From contig JBHGNT010000010.1 in assembly GCA_043228905.1 (NCBI GenBank), forward strand, positions 15,686,001 through 15,750,000: DNA of 64,000 nucleotides. Reading direction: 5' to 3'. Source of the stretch: Azolla caroliniana (lineage: Eukaryota > Plantae > Polypodiophyta). The notes under the pieces were generated by a model. That model saw nothing but the letters and a program-made list of their open reading frames with translations, was not told the origin of the DNA and ran no database searches. A program made the translations under genes and the position numbers. The first letter of the stretch is position 1. Each line of letters opens with the position of its first letter. This document shows positions 37,581 through 52,168 of this stretch, piece by piece.

Positions 37581-40231
37581 CCTAAGTATGGACATTTGTA
37601 AATCATGTGTGTAATTTTGTATGTTTGTACCAGTAACTTGGCAAAAAAAAGAGTTTAGGCTCACTTGGAAATGAGCTTGTACAGTGAAAATGAGCATACA
37701 ATGAAATACATTTGTTGATTACTTTGTCTCACTTATTTCCAGCAAACCTTCTCCACGGAAAATTTGTTACCATCAATATAGTTTCATTCGTATGATTCAG
37801 TAAATCTTAACTGTATTGTAGATGTGAATTAAGGATACACACCAATTTCAGTTATGGGTTGCCTATTAATGTGTCGTGGTGTTCTAAAAAATATAGTCAT
37901 GGGTGAGTTCTTGGTGACATCAAATATGGTGCTTTACATGCTTTGATATAGTAAATCTTGAGTTTCTTGTAGCTCTTTTAGTGTCTACATGCTTGTTATG
38001 GTTTGCTTTCCTACCTTGTCTCGGCCCGGAGGTGTCTATGTTCTTCATGTTTGGGATTTATTCAGAAATATAATCCAAGTTGGTGTGTCGTGTATTTCTT
38101 TACCTTAGATGAAACCCTAAACCCGAGCACCATCTAGTTCTCGCTCACTGCCATTAAATTCAACATATTTGTAGAAGGGCTAAAAGGTCATATAATGAGA
38201 TACAGTGGCCAAGTTGATAAAACCTTGTATGTTGCATATGCATTCAGAGACACAATGCAGACTCTTTTCACCAAATTACTAGTAACAAACACATTGGTAT
38301 GAACTACCCCAAGGTCAATATGTATCTTAGTATCTTGGCCAAGGTTGTGATAACCGATTCTTCATACGGAAAATATGCTTCTTGTATGATGCATGAACGC
38401 CATTAACTTTTGCCTAGCAAAAGACCACAAACAGTAATCTATATGATCTTGTACATATTCATGTTTGTCCATGATGTAATCACAGAAGAACGCTTAATTT
38501 TTTGGCAAAAATCAAATTGTGTACAATTACGAAGATTTAAGCCCCGAAACTAACACAAATAAATGTGATTTGACTGATCTTGAATCATTGGGCCAGAGTA
38601 GTTGAACACTTTACGAGGATTATTATTTTTGGATAAGCTTCAAGCTATTAATATCGACATTATCCCTTGATGTAGTCTTCTTGTTTGTAGTATCATGGTA
38701 ACATCTCCATTGGAACTCCCGTATCTCTATAATTATTATATGGTTATCTCTATAATTTGGTAATATTAGGTTAAAGTTGCCATACAAGGAAGGTCATGTG
38801 CGAGGGAAAATTAGAGGAATGATGATCTAATGAGATCGACAATGTCAATCCAATAGTTTCTACATATATTGGCATATCTCACTCATATCATGTCCAATTT
38901 ATAGGCATGAGCAGAAATAAAGAGGAAAGAAAAATGTTAATAAGAGACAGGCTAAACATAGTTTACAAGAACTTGCTAAACATAAATTAGTAAAACGAGA
39001 AAGTCAAATAACAACTTGAATCTACTCTATCTTTCCTCGTTCAATTGTTTCATTTTTGGTTAAGCATACAAAAAAAAGTTGAGCATTTGGCAAAGAGAAA
39101 AAGAAATGAATATCATTTTGGCAAATACACTAGACAAATTGGCATTTAAAAAAATTGTATAGATTTAAGCCAATTAATTATTCGTAACTAGTCATTATGA
39201 CAATCTCTTTCAAAGGACTTCTCATAGTCTAGCAAATTGATTGGTTAAATGAAGAATTTGATCTATTTAAGCGAATCAACAAACCAAGTTCAATCATTCA
39301 AAATTACTCTTTTCATCATCTTGATCATCAGATTTGATACTCGAGAATGAATCGATGTTCATAAAATAAAAGACATGGCACAAAACCATGTGTTTCTGTG
39401 TTGGCAACATTTGATGGAGGTGATAAAGTCAATTGACAGAAAGATAGCTATAGAAAAGTTTTATGAGTTGTGTAAAGGAAGTATCACTCATTGCATTACC
39501 GAAGAAGAGGATGTCTTTCTTTCTATCGAATGGCACACACGTAGCAAAGAAAAGCTTTGATAGAAGAAAGGTTCCAAAGATCTAGCAAAGTGTTCTTATA
39601 ATTGGAAGGAAGGAATGGACAAGGCCCTTATTAATTATAAACCCAAAAGAGAGGCAAAATAATCTATTAACATATGTTTCTTATTATGGATAAAGATTCC
39701 TCAAAAAGATAATATGCTTTCATCGTGTGTACATTTGCTTTTTATACCGTACATTACCTAGCCAACTTCTATTACCTTTATTTTTAATAGATGCACGTCT
39801 AACTAGAAATTGGCCATGTTCCTTCTGATAGAGGAAGCATTCATTTGATCACCTTAACTTTGCACTTAATATTAGTATTCTCGTGCTTGCAAGAAAGTAG
39901 TTGCTTAGGTTATGTATTTAACACTATTTTTTCATGTGATTTGGGCAAAAATATGACCACACTTGTATAGAACCATCTATGATAAAAAAAGACTTTGGAA
40001 TTTGAGGTTTCGGAGAGTGTTAAGAGACAATGGATATGAGTTGAATGTATTTCACATGTTGTGTTCTTTGTGTTTAGGTAGATATGGGATTTTCTTAATA
40101 TACCACAAAGAAAAAACAAGATGAGGACTAGCCGTGATTGTTACACTTCCTATATGTCTCTTGCTTTTCACGACATTCGAGAAGACACGTGTGTATGTTG
40201 GGGGGGGGGGGGGGGGGAGGTCCAAGTTTAC

Positions 40232-43048
40232 TTAGAAGTCCCTAGGGTCGACGAATATAGAAGTGGGAGGTAGTGTTTTGGACCAATTTGTCTCGATGCT
40301 TGTGGATGAAGACGATGGGGGGGTAAGGCATTTGATGCACCAAAGGTCTTCCTCGCATGAGAGGCTAGACCAATGCGGAACGTGCGGACGGACAGGGTCA
40401 CCAGAGGCAAGCTCCGATGCCAAAACGGCACACCCGTCTTTCTTTGCAAGGTTGTGTGCAAACCATAGGAGCTCCGTGAGGAGGCCGGAGGATCTATCCC
40501 CATGGGCATGTAGGCCATATGCTAGGTGGAGGCCAAATGGCCGGAACACATCGGGTGGTGTCGGGACAACGATACCAGGCACAATCCGTCCAAACAAACG
40601 TGCAACGGACACCATGCTGCGCATGCGCCACGATGCACCCTTAAGTTGCAACTTGAAGATCTCATTACACTTCCATATGCTCAACATTGCCCATGATCGG
40701 CATTGGTCATGGTCTTGGTTTTCTTGACCATGACTGCCTCCTTTGCATCCGGTTTCCTCTTCATCTCTCCACATGGCCATCCATGTGCCCTTGTGTAACT
40801 TGCTCCTCATGATAGCATCCACATCCTTGGGGAAGAACTCAACATGTTTGAAGACCTCTCGATACAAGTGCTCGCTATGTTTCACCTCGACTATCTTCAC
40901 TTTGGGGTTGAGCCTCTTGGCCTTGGCATAGATGGGTTGGACAAGGATGGCCGGCGTCCGGAACTTGCGGTACTCGAGTCTCTTCGTGAAGAGATTTACG
41001 GATGCTTCGTTGTCTTTCTCGGTCGCAATGTATGCATACATTGCTCCTTGCTCTCTACACCATCCCTCCATCTTCTTCACCAACGCTACTGCAATGCCAA
41101 GCCTCCTGTAAATTGTTGTGGAAGCCAACCAGCCAGCCAGTGCACATTTGTTCTTAGACAGAAGGGAGACACACAAATTCACATGCAATGAAATGGCAGC
41201 ACACAAATGACATCAAAACACACTAATGGACCATGGTGCACAAACAAACACACACATATGTATACATACCTACATATACACACACATACATATACATATA
41301 CATACCTACATACACAACCATACACATATACATGCACACAATATATATACACTGTACACACACACATATACATACCTGCATACACTCACATATATATACA
41401 CATATACACACAAGCAAACATACAAACAGACAGACATAAGTACATATATACATAAACACACATACATAGATATACACTAATGAAAAAAAAATGAAAAAAA
41501 AGTGCATATATTCATAAACACACACATACATACACACTTTATCTATACATACACAAGCACATGCATACTTACATACATACGTATATACATACATGCATCC
41601 ATACACATATACATACATAAGAACATATGTACATATGTACATACACATACACATATACATACATAAGATCATATGTATATGCACATACACATTACCTATA
41701 TTGTGGAGCAACCCATAACCATACACAAGCATACATGCATGCATACACATATACATACACAAGAACACATGTATATACACATACCCATATACATACACAA
41801 GAACACATGTATATACACATACCCATATACATACACATTACCCATACACATACACATACCCATATACATACATAAGAACATATGTACATACACATACACA
41901 TATACATACATAAGATCATATGTATATATACATACACATTACCTATATTGTGGAGCAACCCATAACCTATACATACACAAGCATACATATATACATACAT
42001 ACATAAGAACATCATATGTAGATACACATACACATAGACATTACCTATATTGTGGAGCAACCCTTAATCCCAGGATATATGCGGTGCAGACAAATGTGGG
42101 GGAAACAGAGTCGGAAGCTTCATTGAATTCATCACATGAAGACGTTGATGAGGATGAGGATGGTGGTGATGATGGTGATGCTGAATCTAAGGTTTTTCCA
42201 CATACATTAACCTCTTTCACACCAGCCCTGATCATCCCAGCTATTTCCAGATGCCCATCCTCCATCTCTACCTCTGCAACCTAAAATCTCCAAGTTATGG
42301 AAATCCAGATTCAGTCTCAAGAACATCGGAGAAAACAAATTACGTAACAGAGAAAATGAATGAAGATGAAGATGAAGATGAAAATGAAGACACAGACATA
42401 GATACCAGCGCGCACACACACACATATATATAATTAAAAATGCATTGGAATGTACGAGATACCACAAAATGAGTGTAGAGTACGACAACAAATTTCCGTA
42501 TGTTTTGTATACTCTGAATGTGTGTAAAACAAGCAGGCGCGCAGACACAACAGACGGTATAAATTAGGGTATACATTTAGAATGTAGAAAAACAATAGAT
42601 GTATATACATATACAAACTGTATAAATTAGGGTATAGAAAAACAATGCATAGGGATAGAATCTGTATATACATATATACAAAACGGTATAAATTAGGGTA
42701 TGGATTTAGAATGTAGTAACAATGCATATGGATAGATGTATATACATATGTATATGTATTTGTGAGGATGATTACCATCATGGAGAAGGATGGGAAGTGC
42801 CTGAGCCTGCAGAGGGGGTCACCCATGAGGTCAGTGAAGAGGGAGGCAGAGGCCTCACACACCCTCTCCACCCTCTCCACGCCTTCATTGTCCCTCCCCT
42901 CCTCATAAACCCTAATCCATACTTTCATCTTCTTCACATCATCTCCATCTCCATCACCATCTCCATCAATCCCATCCCTATCACGATCATGATGATGTTG
43001 CTGTTCTTCTTCTTCTTCTTCTTCTTGCACAGCCATCTTTACCTTCAT
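40232..43048 (-). CDS. HLS1: HOOKLESS1-like GNAT N-acetyltransferase
   Basis: Exons 43048-42776, 42280-42045 and 41105-40232 (TAA); alternative ATG at 43036. Motifs: VERVCE..SLFTDLMGDPLCRLRHFP, GMIRAGVKEV, AYILGLRVAPQYRRLGIA, Y.YIATEKDNEASVNLFT, Y.KFRTPAILVQP, EFFPKD.D.I, SWAMLSIW, EDLWCIK, IFVDPRDF*. The symbol denotes family membership; orthology is not established. Confidence 0.93.
41240..42040. repeat. CA/TA-rich low-complexity array with higher-order units in HLS1-like intron 2
   Basis: (CATA)/(CA)-type runs with recurring AAGAACA(C/T)ATGTA and AAGATCATATGTA, plus two extra copies of the exon-2 end. Confidence 0.9.
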
Positions 43049-43499
43049 TGCATCAATCAATGAACCCAAAACAAATCAACTGAGACTGAGTATAAACCTC
43101 ATAAGAAAGGGACCAAAGATGTATATTTTGTATGTATGTATGTATGTATCTATCTATCTATTGGATTTGATTTGTTTGTAGATTTCTGCACATCTCTTTC
43201 TATATAGATTAATGCGTGTGCATACAATAATACAAAGGTGGAGAGGGGGGGATAGAAAGGCAGATTAGCAAGAAAGATTCAACAGAGGAGAGATGACACA
43301 CAGAAGGAGAAACAAAAAACAAGGCAGGGAGAGAGAGGCTGCCAAATACATATGTGATGATTGCTAATATAATTAGATGGTTATTAATGGATATGCAATA
43401 TGGGTGATATGATTATGTATATTATGCACAAGACATGGAGAAAATGACTCGGCAGAATGAAGAAGAAATAGACGCTAATCTGAACGAAACAAGAGGCAG

Positions 43500-43940
43500 A
43501 TATATATACATATGTATGTATATATGTATGTATGTATATGCGTGTGTATGTATGTATGTGTGTGTGTATGTATGTATGTATGTATGTATGTATGTATGTA
43601 TGTATGTATGTATGTATGTATGTATGTATGTATGTATGTATGTATGTATGTATGTATGTATGTATGTATGTATGTGTGTGTGTCTGTGTCTATGTAAAGA
43701 GAAGCTCAAATTGTATGTATGTATGTGTGTATATGTGTATATGTGTGTGTGTGTTTGTATGTATGTATGTATATATGTATGTATGTATGTGTCTATGTAT
43801 GTGTGTGTGCAAATGGAGAGAGGAAAACATGTAAAGAGTAGCTCAAATTGTATGTATGTATGTGTGTGTATGTGTATATATGTGTGTGTGTATGTGTGTA
43901 TCTATGTGTGTGTGTATGTGTGTATCTATGTGTGTTTGTA

Positions 43941-44004
<64 letters not shown>

Positions 44005-44115
44005 GAAATGGAGAGTGGGAAAACATTAGAAGCGTTAGGTCTCGTTAAACAGATAGTTTTCTCTAACATAGAGGTTTTATGATATATATATATATATATA
44101 CATATGTATGTGTGC
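43500..44115. repeat. Long (TATG)n/(TG)n/(TA)n microsatellite field upstream of the HLS1-like gene
   Basis: Direct reading; it includes duplicated AGCTCAAATTGTATGTATG and AAATGGAGAG...AAAACAT spacers. Confidence 0.95.
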
Positions 44116-44879
44116 ATTAGTGTGCATAGGCATTATTTGATATGAATACTTTGTAGGTATGATTAATTGATGCAATACTTGTTTTAAGTGTAATAGTATA
44201 CATATGTTGGTTTGTGTGTGTGCGCGTGTGAAGAGCTTACGGAGAGTACTTTTGCAACAATTTGGATCTCACAAGAAGGAAGACATGGGATCTAATCCCT
44301 ATCTCCGAGTTCGGGTGGCTTTGACCATGCTTGGATGCTCTCCTTGTGTGGAGGAAAAGATCAATATATCTTTTGGTGAACCTCAAGCCTACAACACTAG
44401 ATAGACACATTGCACGCTAATACAGTTTCAAAGAACCACAACCACGTTGTGGTTTCCATACCATGGTCATTTCCACACTTAAATATGGATTGCAAATGTT
44501 GGGACCAAGACTTTGTGACACATCATGTTGACAATTCCTCATAGAAGAAAACAACCCACACCAAGATTATTATGATGGATTGGCAACACATGGAAACCTT
44601 GCTCACCATGATTATATCATGCAACACCAACAATTTGGCCAAGTTAAGGGATATCACGTAGCTTAGTTGGAGCTCAATTTCGAGTAGCAACTTGACATAG
44701 ACACATAGAAAAGCTGCCCTCATATACATACTCACCTCCTCTATACAATTGGCAATGTTGGAAATGGTCAAATAAGTGCTTGGTTAAGTTTGCATTAAAA
44801 TGCATATAGACAAAATGCCTCTTTTTATTCCAAATTCTATTGCACTACTTGGGGATTTATAGTTTAGAAATGAATCGGG

Positions 44880-45310
44880 TGATAAAAAGTTGAGATACTA
44901 AGCCTAAACATCGAAAACGTGAGCAAACCCCTCAACTCGGCGAGGAAAGAGGATTACACGTTAATAAATGATTTCATCATCCTCATGGTTACACATTTTA
45001 GGCAAGGGGTAGGTGCAACAATGAACAAATAGGAGAAAATTGAGACACCCACTCCACAAACAAACAAGAAGCATGTGAAGCTTGACTGGAGTCACCTCAA
45101 GCACTATCATTTGATGTAGACAAAGGCACTTCATTGAGGTTATGTTAAATTCATTTTTTGAATCAGAGAACAATCTACTAGATGTGTATTGTTTCGGTCT
45201 TGTAAGCCACACTCGCCTCTTTAAGGACATTTATACACTTTTTGAGGCTTCTTTATATATAGACATGCACTCTCTCTTTTTCTTTTACTTGCTCTTTCTC
45301 TTTCTCTATC
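44880..45310 (+). mobile_element. Probable old RTE-X-like 3' end
   Basis: GCCTCTTTAAGGACATTTATACACTT at 45215-45240 resembles the family terminus and is followed by CT-rich sequence. Confidence 0.35.
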
Positions 45311-48300
45311 TAGATCGTCCATTCTTTGGATAACCTTGCCAAGAGCGTGTAAGATGACCTTTTGAAATTGTCTTTGGTTCTCTAGTTAGAGTATAGTAAA
45401 TTTCATTTCATGTTTCGCTCTACTTACCTTTCTTCCACAATCTTTTTAGTTGTCCCTCTCTAGCCGAACACATCTCGTTTTTACAACCCACATATTTTTT
45501 CTCTTCATTTCTATCACTCTCATGCATTATTCTAAGTTCTTGGTCATCTAACCTACTTTTTTGTATGTGGGAAACAAAGGTATTTTATATATGGTTATAT
45601 TTTATTCATTGAAGGGTTCTCCTTTGTGTGCATTACCTATAGGAGCTACCCTAGATACCACACCTTCTAATGCAAATGTATTTCACCTTTCCATTGCTTA
45701 CATCTTCCTGATGCACATATACAAGAGCAGTCCAATCCTTGCTCTCACCAGCCATATATTTTCGGTTTCTAACATCGACCCTTCACCAACTCATTTCAAT
45801 ATCTAAGAGTTATTAATGTCCATATTTGTTCTCCACCTCATTTCCTTAGGAAAGTCCAACACTGTCCATGGTACTTTGATATTCATATGAGGTCAATGTT
45901 GGCATAACTGTTGTTATTTAAAATAAAAAAACATTCATGTTATGTTTCGTGGAAGTTGAGACTCCGCATATCTAAGTACTTTCTGCGATTCCCAAACTTT
46001 TTGTTACAATACAAGGCTTGTAATTAGTTTTAGGCTTCAACCAAATCCTGTCACGTTTACCTTCATTGTGTGTTCTTCTCTTTCGAAGACAGCCTTAAAA
46101 ACATTATCAAGTATGGTTAGCTAGTGATTATTCCAGAATCATGTCAATGATTTAGTCTTCGCTCTTATTCATATTCTAAAATGTGCATCAAGAATAAATT
46201 GAGGACTTCATGGCATCTTTGCAGTGTATAAACATGGTTGTGCATATGTCACGTTCTTTATGTGCATCATAAAATAGTTCACCTTTGACTTTCAACATTA
46301 TGCCCAAGCTACAACAACAGCTTGTGGTTCACCTTTTAGTAGGTTGATTCTCTAGCAAGGTGAGTTCTTCTCTATTTATGTGCGTTGCAATGCATGACTA
46401 GCAACCTAACCAATTTTCTTTATCACTTTCTTATGGTCACGAAAAATGTATGAGTTGTTCATTCGTCACATACCCATTATTAAAGGTTGGTCAAGACGTT
46501 GGTGATGAAAATCCGAATCAACAAACTTTGAGTATTCCTTGGATACATTCTTTATTGTGTACTTTTTCATTTACCCACAAATGCACAAATGTGAAAGACA
46601 TGCTCTCAATATTCTCTATTCAATACTTTTGCATGAGCTAACTTATATTACAACTCACAATTGCAAAAAGGATCAACGCACATGTTCAATATGATATGTG
46701 CAAGCCTTGCTTTTTGTTAAGATTACAGAGAAGCATGAAGATCAATTGCTTGATAAAACTTTTCGAATCTCGAACATTTATGGACAAACATGCTCTCTAA
46801 AGGAAATGATAGATTATTTTCTAAAAAAGGTTGTGATCTTGTTTCCCTTCACATTGTAATATTTTTGATTGCATAAAGAAAATGTGGACAATCATCAATA
46901 TTATTCTATTCTTTCGCATGTCACTCATTTACATAACTTTTTGGTGCCAAAATTTCGAAGTATCTTTCATGAACCTTAATCATATGTATGATAAATGCAT
47001 TTTTTTTGCGGAACCTTAAAGAATTTGCAACTCTAAGCTATGATCAAGGTGACTTCTTAAACTTTGTTACCATGCTAACAAAGGTCACAATTCCATCCTT
47101 CTTTTTAGTAGAAATTGTTAGGCTTTAAAGTGACATGGATAATATCTTAATATTACTACATGCTTTGTCTGACCTCACATCTTTTGCCAAGCCCGAACTG
47201 AATGTTTCAAAGACTTCCCTTTATGTTTGCATATTGCACCCAATGTTTAGAAAAGCGGAAGCCTAGTTCACTTAGTGCTTGTCCCACTTGATCTAAAAAA
47301 AGGACAAGAAATCGAGAAGCAAATTGAAACATCTAAAATCAAATAATCAACTTGTGTTAGTTAAAATGGACCCACGTGCGTCAACATCCTTGAGAGTGTA
47401 TCATTTTATTTTTCTACTAGCCACTTTAAACACTATTACGTGAGAACTCTTATTACTAGGAGACAAGAATGATTCATTTAGTCATGCAAATATTCACACT
47501 ATGGTCAATTTGCATTTGATTATTGGTAAATGTCTCTTAACAAACTAACAATACTATCTATTAGCCTCGTAGTTTGTAAAAAGTGTATGTTTCCAAATCC
47601 TTTCATCTTGTTTCTTTTATATTTTAAAGTTAAAGTTGAAAGTTTGAATATTTGAGCATATTTTGAATGTTCAAATTTAAATTTGTGAAACTAGAATGAC
47701 TTTCGAGGAGAAAGAACATAAACATAACGATAACCTAATTGTGTGTTTATATTTCATAGTGATCATTGTAGGTCTCTCCACTCGTGAAATAAAAGTACAT
47801 AAGAGGGCACAAATGATCTAAAAGTCACATAATATCATATCGATGCAACACTTCTAGATTTGTTATATAAATTGTAGTAAGGCGAACAAATACTTGGTGG
47901 TCTATTGAGACTACATAAATTGTGAATCAAGACACACAAAAACTAGAAACATGCATGTGGCCATGAACGGAGGAAGCATTTTTAAGGTCAACCACTTGCT
48001 AATCTACTAACAAACATAAGGATATTTCATTGATTTGTAAGAAATAAAAATAGAAATGTACATTGGTGGGTGCTCTCTTACTTCAAGATGTTTCTTTTCC
48101 CCCAAGGACGATCCAAGTTAATCTACATTCCATGAGCTCCACCTTTGTTTATGTGCATATATTCTCATGCATGTGTATCATACTAAACATTGTTATAAAA
48201 CAAGCATTGACATAATGTGCATTGGAGGGATGCTTCCCATTCAAACTCGAGAGTCGAGAGTCACATTGATATAAGATAATGGTCAAACATCATAATTCCT

Positions 48301-48720
48301 GATCCAAGATTTCAGCTACAAATCTTCCTATATTGAAACTATATTTAAACTGTGGTATTTATCACTGTTCATTTTTTAAATTTCCATTAGATTCAAGGTG
48401 AGGCTATATTTTTCTTGTCGCATCAGGTTAAATTCAATTTAGTTACTATGGTCGATGATAGCCAATGCGAGACTCGTGTTCGAAATCTACAAACTCAATT
48501 ATTCACGGAAATTTTGTGATTACATGTTCATATTTTGAACTCCTGTGCCCCATATTTCCTAGTGGTTCAAATCAAATTAATGAATCACTAAACCTTGAGT
48601 GGATGCTCTTCCATTTATTTCAAAATAAAGTGTTATACGGTATACCAAACATAGGAGAGAGCGAAACATTTGAGAGTTATAATTTAATGTTTCGTAAGCG
48701 AGAAAATGTGAGAATGTGTG

Positions 48721-48756
<36 letters not shown>

Positions 48757-50639
48757 CTTGGGTAATACATTAATTCATAATAAGAAAACATAGACTTGCC
48801 ACCACCACCAATATTGAATAAGATCATCTTCAGAGTTATAATTGGAAATTTTATGGCCATTTCATGCACAATTGAATAATATAGTTGTCATGCAAAACTT
48901 TGGAACCTTTATCATTACTCATTACTTCAAAGTGTATGTGCGTGAGCATGAATAGTGTACTTGATGTTAATAGCGCATGGCAAAGAAAAAAGACTAGTGC
49001 ATTGTGATACCCATTGTTGATTGACTGACAAGGCAAAAAGTATGTACCATACACTTTATGATTATATGACTTTTCCAACTTGGAGTTCAGGTGAGTTGAT
49101 AAGTTGATAAGGATTCTTTACATGACTATACCGTTTTAAAGGCAGTTGGTTAGTTTTGTTCACGTGGATATTGTCGACCAATAATGCATAATGTCCTACA
49201 TATAAACTATGCTAAAGTTAAGTTGAATAATCAAACTTTGTATTCCTTCAACAATCTTCGTCAATTCAAAATTTTTGTGGCAAAAACATAGTGCATAAAA
49301 GCCAAAAGATCGCTTGATTTGACAATTGTATTCAAGTAAGTAGACAAGCTAAAAGCTTGTGATCATTTATGACTTGATTGGATAGAGCATATGTACGACT
49401 ATGAACATTGCATGGGAAAGGCTTGGATATCTTCACTATTGGGCTTGTTAAACGTTAAACCAAGAGGGGATATCGAATATACCTAAATTTCATTATGCCA
49501 CCACCCTTTTTACTATTGTTTTGTCACTCTCCTCTTTCCCTCTCTCTTTATTGTTTAAAGGGGTGTCGATTCATACCTAGGATCTCTTTCTCTATTAGTT
49601 CTACATTCTCGAGGTAGTGAAGCCACAACAACATATAGTGACCTAAATCATTAAATGTGAAGCTCACCAATGTGTGTGACACATGCATGCTCTCACATAC
49701 ATACATACATTTGCATGATTGATTGTATCACTTAAATTCCTTTTATTTAAGCTCACCATTGACTCCTATTTATGCTCTTACATTTACATGCATGTGTATT
49801 GCCTTATGCGAATATGTACGTATATATCATAAATAACAATTACTAAAAGTCATTAGATTTGAAATGCCCTTACATAAGTTTTAATTGTGTGTGAGCTTGG
49901 CTAATACTTTTCTTTTCTTTTCGCCCCATATGTATAAGTTATCATTTGCCAATCATATAAATAAAAAAAGTGCTAATGGTTGTACCTAGTGATAAACCGT
50001 GTTTTGACTAACCCATGCATTTCACTTCAAATCTCACTAACTACACTAGGTTACTAGATCTTGATATGGAATGGAGTGCTTGAACTCATGAGTATTTGAC
50101 CTTTTAGTCACCATTGGAAAAATCTTGTGTATGTGTTCTTAAGTTGATGTTACGCTTAGATTGAATAAAGATAGGCGAGTCTATAACAAAGAGAGTCTTG
50201 AATGTCTGAATCCCTCTAAACAAGTGAATATCATGCCATTAAAAAATGAATGGAAAGAGGAGAAGTGAGAGAAATGATAAATCTCAACTCACTTCACTAA
50301 TATCACTTTTTGACAAACTATGTAAATACATATATATATAATTTTGAAGAAGAGAAGCATTTTTTATACTTTTCCTAGTGATGTAAGCCTTCAAAATTTC
50401 TTCTAATGAATTCCCCACAAACAACACATACTTTGTATGGATACTAATGTATGACTTTGTCTATGTACTGTCCACACCCATACATATTTATACTTTATCT
50501 CCATACACTTACATATCTCCTCATTAAAGAAAATGATCCACTTGAGAAGTATGATGATGGATGGGATTACCTAGAAAAATTGCTCAACAATATCAATATA
50601 ATATGAGCAAAAGCATCAATGCCACATACGATCATCATG

Positions 50640-51710
50640 GCAAATTTAGGACTAGTACTGATGGAAGTGGATATCTTTTTGTGAGCAATGAGTTTCATAC
50701 AAAGAATGTGGAACCTTATGCATCATAGGTGCTAATGACTTGCTCTCATTTTCTCTTTGCAATTTGCACAGAAATTTTGGACACATGAGGGCATTAGTGA
50801 AAGGAGACTAGATAAATTCTAGAAAATGATATGGCATGACAGTTATGACCGCAAGATAATGATGTGTTTATGGCTTATTGCGCATAGAGGCTTGCCTGTA
50901 GGGACGTGGGGCCCCAATGTAGATCCTAGATGTACTGCATGTGGACAGATAGAAAGCATTTCCCATATCTATGGGAATGCCGCGAGGCAGCGACTGTATG
51001 GGGAAGGGCATTACGTTTGCTTTGCCATGCCTCTAGTTCGTTCACCCTCAATTGGGGACATGATTGTTGGAACTATCTTGAGGATGATGTGGTGAATTAT
51101 GATAGCACATGCAAATCTAAGTACAGAGGGGAGAATGGCACTGTTCAGCTGATCGCTAACAATAGGGTACCTACAGTTAGTGCGCAGAAGCAAAAACTTG
51201 GAGATCTATGGACGCTGCTTGCACCCATTATCATATGGTGCATATGGACAACTAGGTGTACCAGGATATTTTTAGCACACAAACGCCCTCCAACTGAATC
51301 GATTAAGCTAATATGGCACACACTAATAACTACACTATGAGCTCAATCTGAGCAGATTGATGGTACTGATGATGCTTCAGAATTAATGAGGCTGAATTTC
51401 AGAATACGATGGTGTACTACACCGATGGCCACAACAAATGGAATGGATATACGATGGTAGTATGTAGTACCTAGATGATTGTTCCCCACTCCCATTCGTT
51501 GAATGAGGGGCTTGAAAGAGATGTCATGTGGGATACTACATGCGGGTGATGTGTATGAAAGGATGGCTAGAGGCACATGTGATAGTGTATGATAAATAAG
51601 TGAGATCTCTTATGAAGGATAGGATAGTCTAAGCAAGGCCTACCCAAGAAAGGGATCGATTTTGTGTATATTTTAACTAATATAGTATATTCCCTTTTGG
51701 AAAAAAAAGA
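50640..51710 (+). mobile_element. L1/Tx1-like LINE ORF2 3' fragment with short A-tail
   Basis: LWLIAHRGLPVGTW...CTACGQIESISH/LWEC..A..VW (zf-RVT region) and IWCIWTTRC. A-rich end at ~51701-51710. Confidence 0.8.
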
Positions 51711-52018
51711 ACCCAACATAAACAATGTTAATATGCTCAAATGAGTACTTGGTTAGACTTGAGTGGTACTCAAATAAACAAACTATCTCATTTTGTCCAA
51801 AATTATAGCTCCTTCATTTTTGGGCTCAACCAATCAAAAATAAATTGGGTGATAAAAACCAACATACTAAAAGTTATAAATTGGGTACAAGGTTAGGTTG
51901 GTAATTGATTGAGAGGTTTTCAACATGAAGAGGCAGGTGGGTCAGGCTGGTAACAATAGGTTTACTGGACGATTAACGAAGGTGACCCAGCTAATAGATA
52001 AGGTCGTTGATGGATTAG

Positions 52019-52120
52019 TGTTAAGAATTTGGTAAGTAATTAAGGGTTAATTAGTGCGTAATTATGTGATTAAGTTAAGCGAAAGATTATGACATGATAT
52101 GTGTGTGTATGTGTGTGAGA

Positions 52121-52168
<48 letters not shown>

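Noticed and set aside
43422-44117. Long ORFs rich in C/V/Y/M or H/T/I (also 41179-42060, 20444-20650, 59096-59365)
   Set aside because: Translations of microsatellites that lack stop codons; no coding signal.
45400-50600. 5-kb ORF-poor stretch (also 59900-61900) that might hide a gene or viral insert
   Set aside because: No consistent frame, splice pattern or motif could be read; probably very old TE debris and not assignable by eye.
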